A DNA stretch of 64,000 nucleotides from a virus (taxonomy: Duplodnaviria > Heunggongvirae > Uroviricota > Caudoviricetes), in the IMG/VR virus record IMGVR_UViG_3300012943_000386, positions 37,662-101,661 of that record. One strand, 5' to 3'. This document shows positions 1 to 8,442 of the stretch, piece after piece (position 1 is the first letter of the stretch; every line of letters begins with the position of its first letter). The notes under the pieces are model-generated. The model had not been told where the DNA came from, did no database searches, and saw nothing but the letters and a program-made list of their open reading frames with translations. A program made the position numbers and the translations under genes.

Positions 1-140
1 AAGAAGTGCTTCTTGATGCCTATCAGGGCAGCAAAATCATGCAGCTCCTGTAAAGTATCAGCGACCATGTGCGAGTACGTCTTGCGTGGCTTCTTCGAAG
101 CTGCCTTCGTCCAGATTGGCGCGTCGACGTACACTGTCAT
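1..140 (-). CDS. DUF4031-family protein, N-terminal ~46 codons only (gene continues past window start)
   Basis: Minus ATG at 138-140 overlaps upstream stop (ATGA). Translation MTVYVDAPIWTKAASKKPRKTYSHMVADTLQELHDFAALIGIKKHF matches the DUF4031 N-terminal signature (MxVYVDD...SHLxADTxEELHxFA). Not in ORF track because it runs off the edge. Confidence 0.45.
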   Translation of the reverse strand, partial: MTVYVDAPIWTKAASKKPRKTYSHMVADTLQELHDFAALIGIKKHF

Positions 141-283
141 GGGCAGACGTACTCAGTGCGCACGAACGTCCAGTAGCCGCGGACCTCTTTGAAGGTACCG
201 CCGATACCGGCTTCTGACAGGCGAAGCATCTCAGTATGATCAACGTAGGTGATCATGGCATCGCCCAGCCAGTATTCGTACAT
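137..283 (-). CDS. hypothetical small protein (48 aa)
   Basis: ATG 281-283, TGA 137-139 overlapping the next start. MYEYWLGDAMITYVDHTEMLRLSEAGIGGTFKEVRGYWTFVRTEYVCP. Below the ORF-track size cutoff. Replaces the implausible R/S-rich ORF 58..243. Confidence 0.25.
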   Translation of the reverse strand: MYEYWLGDAMITYVDHTEMLRLSEAGIGGTFKEVRGYWTFVRTEYVCP

Positions 284-294
284 GCGCTCCACTG

Positions 295-855
295 TTACTC
301 CCAGTGAACGCCCTTGGCCACGACCGAGCCAATGATCTTGAAGGCAACAACCTTCAGACCAGGCTTCAGCTTGGCAATGCGTTCGGCTTCATCCCTCCAC
401 GAGGCCTCGGTGAGGTGAAGCTTCGGCTTCGAACCAAAGACGAGGATGTCACCATCGACCGTGCCCAGCAGAACACCCTTGCGAGTGATGCCATCGTGAA
501 CACTTGGTGCGTGCGCACGCACGCCAGCCGGAATATCACCGAGGTGCAGGTCACGAATTGCTTCTGCGGTCTGCGCCACGGCGCGCTGCATCTGCACGTC
601 TTCACGCGTGATGCCGCTGGTGTGCGTGAGGAACTGCGCGTGTGCCTTCGCCTTGGCGAAGAGCTGGTCGTGACGGTAGGTGTTGGTCTTGAGCGTGTAG
701 TAGTGACCGCTTGAGGTGCGGGAACCGTTCAGCTGACGAAGAACACCTGTGGAACCATTTGTCGAGAAGACCGCGCCGTCTTTCGACATGTAGTACCCGT
801 CAAGGCTGAAGATGACCAGGCGAAGCGGGAAAAGGTGGCGTCCGTCGAGCAGCAT
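295..855 (-). CDS. hypothetical protein (186 aa)
   Basis: Clean ORF with ATG at 853-855, GGAGAA RBS and a sigma70-like promoter upstream. No recognisable family. Confidence 0.55.
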   Translation of the reverse strand: MLLDGRHLFPLRLVIFSLDGYYMSKDGAVFSTNGSTGVLRQLNGSRTSSGHYYTLKTNTYRHDQLFAKAKAHAQFLTHTSGITREDVQMQRAVAQTAEAIRDLHLGDIPAGVRAHAPSVHDGITRKGVLLGTVDGDILVFGSKPKLHLTEASWRDEAERIAKLKPGLKVVAFKIIGSVVAKGVHWE

Positions 856-887
856 GACAGGTTCTCCAACAACTGAATGTTGACAGA

Positions 888-916
888 TTATAACCTAGTG
901 TCGCTGCTCGGTACAA
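888..916 (-). promoter_or_regulatory. sigma70-like early promoter TTGTAC-N17-TATAAT
   Basis: Minus strand: -35 TTGTAC (plus 911-916), -10 TATAAT (plus 888-893), then GGAGAA RBS and ATG at 855. Confidence 0.4.
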
Positions 917-923
917 TCTAGCG

Positions 924-1349
924 TCAACCTGCCTTGGCAGCCTTGACTACTCGATTTCGAAGATCGGTCGTGCTGAAGGCGTGATCTCGACGGTTGTAGT
1001 ACGTCTCGATACCAAGGGTATCCGCCTCAGCCTTGCCTGTGAAGTCCTTGTCGATGTAGTCGGCCCCAATAATGCGCACATGAACCGGGATTGCCTTGAT
1101 GATCTCAAGCAGCTCTGCCTCGGTCTGATATGGGATGATCTCGTCAACAACGGAAAGCGCCTTCAGCTGAACGTAGCGCTCAACTAGGCTCTGAACTGGC
1201 TTGTTCTTCGTTGGGCGGTCCAGTGTCGGGTCTGTCTGTAGGCCAACTATCAGGTAGTCGCACTGCGTCTTCGCTTCCTGCAGCATCAGGCAGTGGCCCG
1301 CATGCAGAAGGTCGAACGCCCCAAATGTTATCCCAACTTTCTTGTTCAT
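924..1349 (-). CDS. cytidylyltransferase-superfamily nucleotidyltransferase (HldE domain II / TagD-like, HxGH motif)
   Basis: ITFGAFDLLHAGH...DYLIVGLQTD...KPVQSLVERYVQLKALSVVDEIIP...IIGADY...FSTTDL aligns with glycerol-3-phosphate cytidylyltransferase and ADP-heptose synthase domain II. NMN adenylyltransferase fold not excluded. Confidence 0.75.
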   Translation of the reverse strand: MNKKVGITFGAFDLLHAGHCLMLQEAKTQCDYLIVGLQTDPTLDRPTKNKPVQSLVERYVQLKALSVVDEIIPYQTEAELLEIIKAIPVHVRIIGADYIDKDFTGKAEADTLGIETYYNRRDHAFSTTDLRNRVVKAAKAG

Positions 1350-1491
1350 ATTCGGTCCTCACGTAATCCAGCTGATCAATGCAGCTGTTGAAAATATCAA
1401 CGAAACGAGTGTCAAGCTTGAAAGCTAAATTCAGCCCGCGCTCAAGCCGCCGCCGCATTATCTCAAGTTCTTCTACCAGCGTTGGGCTCAC
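1180..1491 (-). CDS. hypothetical ORF, first ~47 codons plausible; overlaps the nucleotidyltransferase gene by ~170 nt
   Basis: ATG overlaps stop of the DnaE-like C fragment (ATGA). N-part MSPTLVEELEIMRRRLERGLNLAFKLDTRFVDIFNSCIDQLDYVRTE is protein-like. Distal part is low-complexity inside another gene. Possible frameshifted remnant. Confidence 0.3.
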   Translation of the reverse strand: MSPTLVEELEIMRRRLERGLNLAFKLDTRFVDIFNSCIDQLDYVRTEYEQESWDNIWGVRPSACGPLPDAAGSEDAVRLPDSWPTDRPDTGPPNEEQASSEPS

Positions 1492-2069
1492 AGAATACTG
1501 GCTTCAATAAGGTGGAGCTGTAGAACAATGACCATCGCGTAGGCAATGGCGTGTGATTTCTTGAACGAGTAGCCGTTCTCATCCTTCGCGTAAAGGATGC
1601 GACGCGTAGCATCTCGCTGCGAGTTGTACAGCTTCGCGTACTGCTTCTTGCCGGGGCGGATGATCGCGAGAACGTCGGCAAGCTCCTCTATGTTCTTCGG
1701 CTTGACAGTGTTGAGGATGTCGCCATGCTTGGAAAGCTGAAACAGCTTCTTCTGCTCGTCGGGAACAGTCAGCAACCCCCAGTCCGGCTCACGCTCGAGA
1801 AGGGCGTCAATTTCTTCCCGCGTTTCGAAGTGATCATAGACATGCAGGTGAAGGAAGTCGATCTTAGCGTAGCCAACGTCCTCAGCGGCGTCATATGGAA
1901 TTGCCGAAAGGCCGGTGATCTTGTCAACAGGAATGTCCTGAGGATGCACACCGCATGGATGCGGTCGCAGCACCCCGTCCTTCGCGAGAGACGCGCGCGC
2001 CCATGGGAACAGTTTCGTTGGGTCGAAGTCTGTTCGAAGGTCAATGTCGACGTCGGCCGAAAAGCTCAA
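1488..2069 (-). CDS. DnaE/PolIII-alpha-like palm domain, C-terminal half (catalytic DxD and third Asp present)
   Basis: SADVDIDL (PDxDxDF), HPCGVHP (HAGGVVI), KIDFLHLHV (KxDFLGL), LFQLSKHG (FQLESRGM), IRPG (FRPGP), RDATRRI (GGADMLRRA), SFKKSHAIAYA (FNKSHSAAYA). Starts at TTG (2067-2069) overlapping the upstream stop. Ends shortly after the KSHAAAYA motif. Confidence 0.7.
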   Translation of the reverse strand: MSFSADVDIDLRTDFDPTKLFPWARASLAKDGVLRPHPCGVHPQDIPVDKITGLSAIPYDAAEDVGYAKIDFLHLHVYDHFETREEIDALLEREPDWGLLTVPDEQKKLFQLSKHGDILNTVKPKNIEELADVLAIIRPGKKQYAKLYNSQRDATRRILYAKDENGYSFKKSHAIAYAMVIVLQLHLIEASIL

Positions 2070-2257
2070 TCGACTACCTCTAGATCATTTGCCCCATTGA
2101 GCTCAGTGAATATCCTGAGCCAGCTTGAGGCAGCAACCCCACTGGGCCACAGGTACGCCTTCACTGGGTCGCTGGTGTAGAACGGTCCACGCCTGCTAGG
2201 ATCAGGCGTCTCCATTGGGATCGTCAAGTATCCGTATGTCGGTGAGTAAATTCTCAT
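2066..2257 (-). CDS. hypothetical protein (63 aa)
   Basis: ORF track. Stop overlaps TTG start of the DnaE-like C fragment. Overlaps the 3' end of the Bfd-like ORF by ~55 nt. Confidence 0.35.
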   Translation of the reverse strand: MRIYSPTYGYLTIPMETPDPSRRGPFYTSDPVKAYLWPSGVAASSWLRIFTELNGANDLEVVD

Positions 2258-2417
2258 TGTTCCTCTCTATCATGTGTTCAAGCATGTACGTGCAGCCAGT
2301 GCATCGATCACAAATTCCGATATGCTCTTGAAGCTGCTCGATGCTCTTCGCTTTCGTGCGTCTCAAGATGTTCACAATGACGTTCTCAGGAATGTCATTG
2401 CAGATGCAGATTATCAA
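2202..2417 (-). CDS. BFD-like [2Fe-2S]-binding domain protein
   Basis: MIICICNDIPENVIVNIL...IGICDRCTGC matches the bacterioferritin-associated ferredoxin pattern MxVCxCxxV...CGxC. Confidence 0.5.
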   Translation of the reverse strand: MIICICNDIPENVIVNILRRTKAKSIEQLQEHIGICDRCTGCTYMLEHMIERNNENLLTDIRILDDPNGDA

Positions 2418-3283
2418 AGCCTAACTTCCTTGACAATCGTTTTGATGTTCTCAATGGTCGAGCGCTCCTGCTGGAAGCGCTGTCCCCAATATGACGAGTT
2501 GACAACCGTGTTGAACGCTTTCAGGTGTCCCTTGTCCATGTCCTTCAGGAACTTACCAAACGAGGGTGCGCAGAACAACAGCCATGGTGACAAGCGGCGT
2601 TGGCGTACCAGCTGAATTACTTGCTGCTCACCAAGGTGCTTGAACACCCCTGAGATATCAACACCATCCTTGTCACAGATGTCCATCAGGTAGTTGATGG
2701 TCTCCTGCACCTGGTCGAGTGGATCTGAGAGCTTGTCCATCCAGCCGAGGTAGACTGAGTAGCACTGCTCACGACACCACAGGTGCGGTGAAACATCTGC
2801 CTCAACCATCAGCTCCATGTACTTGTCTGGTCGCGAGATGTTAGCATCGCGCACGAGGGTGGCAAATTTGATGAAGGCCCTGTAGAACGTTGAGCCCATG
2901 AAGGCAGCTGCTCCAGGGGCGCTGTACCTCTTCAGCTGCATCCACTCACGGTAGAAGCTGTAGGCACCCTGCCCTAGCGTGCTCTTGAACTCACCATGCC
3001 GGCGCTTCTCCTCACAGAAGTGCTTCATGTAACGCGCCTCACTGTGGAAGCGTCGCTCACAGAAGGTGCAGTGCCAATTTCCACGCGCATTCGCGGTCAG
3101 CACCTCAGCATCCTCTATCGGAACGCGGCGCTTCGCGATCTCCTCAGCGTTAAGAAGCTTCGGTTCCCGCGGCTCTTCGGAGGTTGACCTCTGTCTTTTC
3201 ACCATACCAGCTCCAGCCTGGAGACGTGGGTTCGCCGTGTGCTTTGAAGTCGGCGATGAACTTGCGAATGTAGTGCTCATCAA
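2414..3283 (-). CDS. C2H2 zinc-finger-containing hypothetical protein
   Basis: CTFCERRFHSEARYMKHFC is a C2H2 finger. True start is probably the internal Met (MVKRQRS, ~3205), because the first 26 codons overlap the upstream gene. Confidence 0.55.
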   Translation of the reverse strand: MMSTTFASSSPTSKHTANPRLQAGAGMVKRQRSTSEEPREPKLLNAEEIAKRRVPIEDAEVLTANARGNWHCTFCERRFHSEARYMKHFCEEKRRHGEFKSTLGQGAYSFYREWMQLKRYSAPGAAAFMGSTFYRAFIKFATLVRDANISRPDKYMELMVEADVSPHLWCREQCYSVYLGWMDKLSDPLDQVQETINYLMDICDKDGVDISGVFKHLGEQQVIQLVRQRRLSPWLLFCAPSFGKFLKDMDKGHLKAFNTVVNSSYWGQRFQQERSTIENIKTIVKEVRL

Positions 3284-3704
3284 TGTGTGGGGTATTTACC
3301 GTTGCGTAGAGACCAATGGCCACTCGCCCGTAGTCCTTCAGCTGGATGTAGGGGGTAATGGAGTAGCTCTTGTCTGGCGGGGCGTTCTTCAACCCGTTCA
3401 CGTAGCCTGCTTGGGCAGACCAATCGCCGGCGTACAACCTCTCAGCCTCGTCGAAGCACTCATCTTCGAACTTGTTGTACGCGTCGAACCACGTTGTGAT
3501 CATCGCTACGGCATAGTAGCGCTTTACGCGGGAATGGAAAAAGCGAAAGTCGATCCACTGCCATGGGTAGGCAGGATCATAGATGTGATCGCAGTAGAAG
3601 TCACCGTTGTAGGCGCACTCTGGGTAGCGCGTCATCTTGTTCTTTGCCCAGATGTAGCGCGCCTTTCTCTCTCTGCGATTTCTTTCGGGGCGACGGGTCT
3701 TCAT
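3150..3704 (-). CDS. hypothetical protein (184 aa)
   Basis: ORF track; Trp/Tyr-rich globular composition. No family recognised. Confidence 0.55.
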   Translation of the reverse strand: MKTRRPERNRRERKARYIWAKNKMTRYPECAYNGDFYCDHIYDPAYPWQWIDFRFFHSRVKRYYAVAMITTWFDAYNKFEDECFDEAERLYAGDWSAQAGYVNGLKNAPPDKSYSITPYIQLKDYGRVAIGLYATVNTPHIDEHYIRKFIADFKAHGEPTSPGWSWYGEKTEVNLRRAAGTEAS

Positions 3705-3739
3705 AGCACCATTCTACACTGGTTGAGCGTAGATTGAAA

Positions 3740-4066
3740 CTAGTAGCTGATCATCCAATTGATAAGCTCGACGCTCTCCGCGTCAGGTCTAAAGCGGGCG
3801 ATAGGTGAGCCCTTGTCCTGGTAGAAGTGCGGGTCGAGCCTGCCTCTGTTGTGCGCCAGCAGCATTGAGCTGCTGATGAAGCCCCTGTAGACGAGCAGCT
3901 TGTTACCCTCATAATTCTTGGCATCAGGGTAGTTGACAAGCAAGATGAGGAAACCATTCTGCGACCATTCGTCGATGATCTTGAACCGCTCAGGGTTTGG
4001 GTTTGAATTTGGTACAGCGTACGGACTGCTTGAACACGTGCGCCCTGAAAATGGTCCACAGCCCAT
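3740..4066 (-). CDS. hypothetical protein (108 aa)
   Basis: ORF track. The alternative frame 3751..4059 is low-complexity, so this frame is preferred. Confidence 0.45.
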   Translation of the reverse strand: MGCGPFSGRTCSSSPYAVPNSNPNPERFKIIDEWSQNGFLILLVNYPDAKNYEGNKLLVYRGFISSSMLLAHNRGRLDPHFYQDKGSPIARFRPDAESVELINWMISY

Positions 4067-4521
4067 TATGTAGCTTCCTTCTTCAGTTTGGCAATTTCAT
4101 CCTTGTCCCAGCCAAGTTGCTCAGCCATGGATAGGATCTCGCTCTCAGATGGTCGTGGGTTCATTAGCTTCACCTCACGCTCTGACATGTCGTAGAACTC
4201 TTGGATAACCCGCAGAGCTTCTGAATTTTTCTTTTTGCTTTTAACGCCGAGCCAGGAATACCGTTTGTTGGTTTTAGAATTGGCAGCCTGCATCAGCATC
4301 ATCAGAAGATGCGGGTGTTTACCAAGAGTGAACACATTTGGGTTCACAAACTCATTCAACAGCATGATCTGACGAGTGTCAGATGTGCCTGATGCCCATC
4401 GCATCACTACCAACGGTGCGAAACCCTTCTTCTCTTCATCTGTGAGGGCTGTATAGATATCGCCTTGCTTGGGGTCGTTTAGCCTTCCAAGCAAATCGAA
4501 GATGTCAAGTTTGAAACTCAT
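4066..4521 (-). CDS. hypothetical protein, tentatively clamp-loader small subunit (T4 gp62-like)
   Basis: 151 aa with weak resemblance to gp62 (KRYSWLGVKSKK vs KRYGKWAKL). Lies downstream of the gp44-like gene as in T4. Tentative. Confidence 0.35.
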   Translation of the reverse strand: MSFKLDIFDLLGRLNDPKQGDIYTALTDEEKKGFAPLVVMRWASGTSDTRQIMLLNEFVNPNVFTLGKHPHLLMMLMQAANSKTNKRYSWLGVKSKKKNSEALRVIQEFYDMSEREVKLMNPRPSESEILSMAEQLGWDKDEIAKLKKEAT

Positions 4522-4744
4522 GCTCTTTCAATAGCGATGCAATGATGGCGGCATCGATCTCTGCGCAGAGGATGTTTGAGTGGTCGCGCACAATCCTGCC
4601 GTATTCGATTTCTGGAGGGGCACCACGCCTGTGCTCCGTCTGACAGCGCTTACACCATACCAGCTCGTTCTCTCCAGGGTATTCCTTGTCGAGATAGTCA
4701 AAATTGAGCTCTTTGAGCGTGTCATTCAGTTCTATTGTCGGCAT
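4505..4744 (-). CDS. small Cys-rich (zinc-ribbon / degenerate HNH-like) protein
   Basis: WCKRCQTEH...NILCAEID; 79 aa. Confidence 0.4.
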   Translation of the reverse strand: MPTIELNDTLKELNFDYLDKEYPGENELVWCKRCQTEHRRGAPPEIEYGRIVRDHSNILCAEIDAAIIASLLKEHEFQT

Positions 4745-5081
4745 ATTTGGCCTTCATTTGCTCATCAACAAATTTGTCAACGGCTGCATAGAGAATTTTT
4801 CGCACATTTTCTGGGCCCATGCACTCATCATCTATTGCCCAATCATTGGCGTCTGGGTTTTTCCGCGCAAAGAATTCACCGAAGCCACAGCCAGCCCACG
4901 ACCAATTGAAATAGACGCTGAAGCGAATGAGCTCACCAATTTCTGGCTTGCTTGCGGCCATGAGCGCCTTGCGCTTCACCTCACGCTCCTGCATAGCAGC
5001 CAGCTGCTCAGGGGTTGGAGGGGTGCTTGGATCGTGTCGTTCAACTCGGGACATAGAGCTGCTTGAGGGTGTTGCCCTCAA
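4722..5081 (-). CDS. hypothetical protein
   Basis: ORF track. Probable start at internal Met (MSRVERH, ~5054), because the first codons overlap the upstream gene. Confidence 0.4.
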   Translation of the reverse strand: MRATPSSSSMSRVERHDPSTPPTPEQLAAMQEREVKRKALMAASKPEIGELIRFSVYFNWSWAGCGFGEFFARKNPDANDWAIDDECMGPENVRKILYAAVDKFVDEQMKAKYADNRTE

Positions 5082-5250
5082 TCTCGAAGTCTAGGGTTGG
5101 TCCATTCACGGTCATTGGGTGAATGTAGAAGCGCACCTTACCGTCACGCACTTCATGGCGAATGGCATGGTCGATGTAGTTTGCATCCTTGTCCCAAGGA
5201 GCGCCATCAACGTTGTTCCAACCGTTGCGAAAGTATTCTTCAAGGTTCAC
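5041..5250 (-). CDS. hypothetical protein (69 aa)
   Basis: ORF track; tightly coupled to flanking genes. Confidence 0.4.
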   Translation of the reverse strand: MNLEEYFRNGWNNVDGAPWDKDANYIDHAIRHEVRDGKVRFYIHPMTVNGPTLDFEIEGNTLKQLYVPS

Positions 5251-6168
5251 TTAGCACCTCGACAAAGAGATGAAGCAGGCAGCGAGGTTTATTTCCGTGT
5301 CAGCGCAGAGCGCATGTGAGCGGAGGTAGTCTGCAATCGTGATGATCGCTGTCTCCTTGTCCTTCACCTTCAGCTTGTCGATGTTCTGGTAGAGGAACGT
5401 GTAGACGTCCTCGTGCTCTTCACGGGTGGCCGTTTCGCAGACGAGCTTGCGAGCGGTCTTGAAGTCGCCGTTCGCGATGGTGTCCAGAAGACCGAGCTTC
5501 CAATCTGAGACTGTTGCTCCTGACGCATGAGGTGCCAGCAAATCCCCATTGTGAGAGTTCTGCTGGAGAAGCTGAATGATCTGACGAACACTTGGGTAGC
5601 CGAGGTCGATGTAGGTAAGGAGGTGATCTACCTCGAAGCCAACGCCCTCGGTGCCGAGAATTTCAGACGCGAGGAGCGCGACCTTGTCCTTGTCTGGAGC
5701 CCTGAAGTAGAAGCGCTGAAAGCGATCCTTCAGTGGTGGGATGACCTTGTTCTCGTAGTTGCAGGTGGCAATGAAGCGGCAGGTCGTTGAGGCCTGTTCG
5801 ATGAGACCGCGCAGCAGCGCCTGGCCATCGAGTGATAGGTAGTCGAGCTCTTCGAGCTGCACCACCTTGAACTTACCAAGCGGCATGGTCATTGCGAACG
5901 CGTCAACCTTACTGCGCATCGCGTCGATCTTGTCCTTGGAGCAGTTGATGCGGATGACGTCAGCACGGTCTACACCGAGGTCATTGATGAGCGCCTTGGA
6001 AACACTGGTCTTGCCAGTTCCCTGGATGCCAGTCATGAAAAGGTGTGGAATGTCACCATCAGCAACAAACTTTTCAAACTGCTTTTGCTGGCGCTCGTCC
6101 TGAAAGATGACGTCCTTAATGGACTTAGGACGATACCGCTCAACCCAAATCGATGGCTTCATTGTCAT
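5251..6168 (-). CDS. sliding-clamp loader large subunit (T4 gp44 / RFC small-subunit family AAA+ ATPase)
   Basis: RFC box ERYRPKSIKDVI, Walker A GIQGTGKTS, DEAD-like LEELD, SRC motif ATCNYENKVIPPLKDRFQ. ATG at 6166-6168. Confidence 0.85.
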   Translation of the reverse strand: MTMKPSIWVERYRPKSIKDVIFQDERQQKQFEKFVADGDIPHLFMTGIQGTGKTSVSKALINDLGVDRADVIRINCSKDKIDAMRSKVDAFAMTMPLGKFKVVQLEELDYLSLDGQALLRGLIEQASTTCRFIATCNYENKVIPPLKDRFQRFYFRAPDKDKVALLASEILGTEGVGFEVDHLLTYIDLGYPSVRQIIQLLQQNSHNGDLLAPHASGATVSDWKLGLLDTIANGDFKTARKLVCETATREEHEDVYTFLYQNIDKLKVKDKETAIITIADYLRSHALCADTEINLAACFISLSRC

Positions 6169-6221
6169 TCCTACGTGGAGTGTAGCTATCTTATCACACC
6201 ATGTTGTGGCGTAAACAGCGA

Positions 6222-7391
6222 TCAGCGCTCAGTGTAGCGCGTTGTGATCGCTGGTGGCGCTTCAATAGAATTGAGCGACATGACAACGTCTGCCCTACGC
6301 GCGTCAATGTGCTCAAGTGAAGAGCGTGGCGTCTGAAGCTGTGGCAGCGTGATCACATCTCGTTCAGCATCCTCACCCTTCTCTTCAGGAAGAGCAGGAC
6401 GAGAGGTTGACGCCGTGTACTCTTCAACGACTGGAGCTGGTGTGTCGAGCGGCATGTCATCAGGAACCTCAACAGTTGCGCCACCCGGGTGTGGGCCAAA
6501 AAAGATGTCCTTGTCACTATCAGGTGAGTATGCAGCTAGCGTGTCCATTCCTGCTGACAGCTCATCAGCATCAAAGCTTGATTTGAGAACAGCATCTGGA
6601 TCGGCGGCCTTCTCAACCTGTTCCTTGTAGTATTCATCTGTGGTGCCAGTCGTCGTCGTCATCAGCGGGCCTGTGACCTCGCCAACCACCATCACCGGCG
6701 CTGCAGGCTCGGGCTTCTTCCTACGTTCAATGAGGAAGTTACCGGCGATCAGCAGCACGATTGCAAACGGGTCGAACACGAAGATGATCGTGAGGATGAC
6801 GTATTTGACCGCCTTCTCAGGGGTGGTGTTGAACGCCTCAGCTACATAGAGGATTGGGCCGAGGTCAGCGCTTTGTTTGACGTTGGCAGACTTCAGCTGT
6901 GGAAGCTGCACATCAATTTCAACAAGGCGCTTGTTGATCCTATCTGTTTCAGGCGCGAACTCCTGCATTAGCTGGCGCCGCGCACGAGCATAATCAGCAG
7001 GAAGGTTTGCGATCTGCTTATCGATTTCCTGCTTGCGGGCCTGCAGCTTTGTCTGTTCACCCTCAAGCGATGTGATGATGATCGTGTCTTGATTGTTCGT
7101 GACGATGGCGTGCTGGAACTGCTGTGATAGGTAGCCGAACACACCAGTCGACGTGATGAGCATGAGAACCGCCGTCGCCGGGATCATGAACCCCTTCATC
7201 AGCAGCTTGATGTCCTTCCAGTACTTGTAGAGGAAGGAGACGCCAGCGACCTTACCAATGTCCAGCGCGATGGCCATCAAGATGATGACCGGGTTCATGT
7301 TGAAGAGGTGACCTAGGCCGGCGACGCTGATGTAGGTACCAATGCCTTCAATGAACAGAGCTGCAAATAGAACGAGGGCGATGAAGAACAC
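6222..7391 (-). CDS. membrane protein with 4 N-terminal TM helices, central coiled coil and acidic C-terminal tail
   Basis: Hydrophobic N-terminal 130 aa, heptad-like middle, D/E/P-rich tail. Confidence 0.55.
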   Translation of the reverse strand: MFFIALVLFAALFIEGIGTYISVAGLGHLFNMNPVIILMAIALDIGKVAGVSFLYKYWKDIKLLMKGFMIPATAVLMLITSTGVFGYLSQQFQHAIVTNNQDTIIITSLEGEQTKLQARKQEIDKQIANLPADYARARRQLMQEFAPETDRINKRLVEIDVQLPQLKSANVKQSADLGPILYVAEAFNTTPEKAVKYVILTIIFVFDPFAIVLLIAGNFLIERRKKPEPAAPVMVVGEVTGPLMTTTTGTTDEYYKEQVEKAADPDAVLKSSFDADELSAGMDTLAAYSPDSDKDIFFGPHPGGATVEVPDDMPLDTPAPVVEEYTASTSRPALPEEKGEDAERDVITLPQLQTPRSSLEHIDARRADVVMSLNSIEAPPAITTRYTER

Positions 7392-8143
7392 TAGACAGCT
7401 CCAATATGCTTGACGATTTCGGGCAGCACGTCAGCGGCTCTACCCTTTGCGAAAATGTAGTTCTTCCCAACATCACCGCAGCCAGAAAGATATGGCTTGA
7501 GATTTACCTCGACAACCTGCGCGCCGCGATTGAGCGGACCAATGACTAGGTCGGCGGCTGGAAATACGTTCAACGATGTTCCAACCGAAACGACAACGTC
7601 GGCATCCTTTGAAAAACCGATGGCTTCCATGAGGGCAGCAGGTGAAAGGTTTTCGAAGAACCATGTGATGCTTGGGCGGAGGTTTTCACTGCGACATTTT
7701 GGGCAAACAGGAACGCTCTCATTGACCCAGAGGTTTTCCTCAGTGGTGTAATCACACGTATCGAAGTTGATGCCGAAGCACTGAAACTTTGCGATGTTTC
7801 CATGAAGCTCGACGAGCTTCTTACTTCCAGCGGCCGCGTGAAGACCGTCAACGTTCTGTGTTGCTAGAAGGAATGGAACACCTTCAGCTTCACAGCGCTG
7901 CTCAATCTGAGCGATGGCAACATGACCGGCGTTTGGCTTGGCACCTGAGTAGGAAAGATAGCGGTCGCGATAGAACTTCCACACGAGCTGTGGGTCCTTC
8001 TGAAACGCCATAGGCGTGCAGACATCTTCAACGCGATGACCTTCCCATAGACCACCGTCTGTTCGAAAGGTTGGTAGGCCCGAGTCGGCCGATAGGCCGG
8101 CGCCGGTGAAGATCAGAACACCCTTCACTTTGACATCTCGCAC
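7391..8143 (-). CDS. Sir2-family NAD-dependent protein deacylase (CobB-like sirtuin)
   Basis: GAGLSADSGLPTFR NAD-binding motif, catalytic His in VELHGN, Zn ribbon CFGINFDTC...CPKC. Confidence 0.85.
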   Translation of the reverse strand: MRDVKVKGVLIFTGAGLSADSGLPTFRTDGGLWEGHRVEDVCTPMAFQKDPQLVWKFYRDRYLSYSGAKPNAGHVAIAQIEQRCEAEGVPFLLATQNVDGLHAAAGSKKLVELHGNIAKFQCFGINFDTCDYTTEENLWVNESVPVCPKCRSENLRPSITWFFENLSPAALMEAIGFSKDADVVVSVGTSLNVFPAADLVIGPLNRGAQVVEVNLKPYLSGCGDVGKNYIFAKGRAADVLPEIVKHIGAV

Positions 8144-8442
8144 TGTGAGAAGCTAGGGAACAGAGCATTAGCCTTTTCCAAGAACGCGGCACGATCTTCT
8201 ACAGAGTTGAACCAAAACTTGTACTGAAAACCGCCGCCAAGGTAGCTAGGTTTTTCACTGACGAGAAGAGCCTCAATCCCATGGAAGGCTCCATTTGGGG
8301 CCACCTCAATAGGCGAATTCTTGAACATAGCATGGACGCCAGTCCAGAAGGCAATCGTTCTTTCATTGTAAATGTCTGGGCGCTTGATGTCTATCCATGG
8401 CTTACCAAGCTGATCCCAGCGCTCTTCACCAGAGTAGATCAC
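8125..8442 (-). CDS. hypothetical protein (105 aa)
   Basis: ORF track; coupled to Sir2 stop. Confidence 0.45.
   Translation of the reverse strand: MIYSGEERWDQLGKPWIDIKRPDIYNERTIAFWTGVHAMFKNSPIEVAPNGAFHGIEALLVSEKPSYLGGGFQYKFWFNSVEDRAAFLEKANALFPSFSQCEMSK

Noticed and set aside
58-243. 61-aa minus ORF MIILRCFACQ...
   Set aside because: Arg/Ser-rich with no RBS. The same DNA is better explained by the 48-aa ORF 137..283 plus the DUF4031 start at 140 in other frames.
304-714. Plus-strand ORF of 136 aa, and similar plus-strand ORFs (1725..2180, 3066..3737, 13883..14449, 15474..15965, 15922..16428, 39979..40497, 53450..53866, 62607..63203)
   Set aside because: All lie antisense to strong minus-strand genes, are Leu/Arg/Ser-rich as expected for GC-rich antisense frames, and lack RBSs. 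Shadow ORFs.
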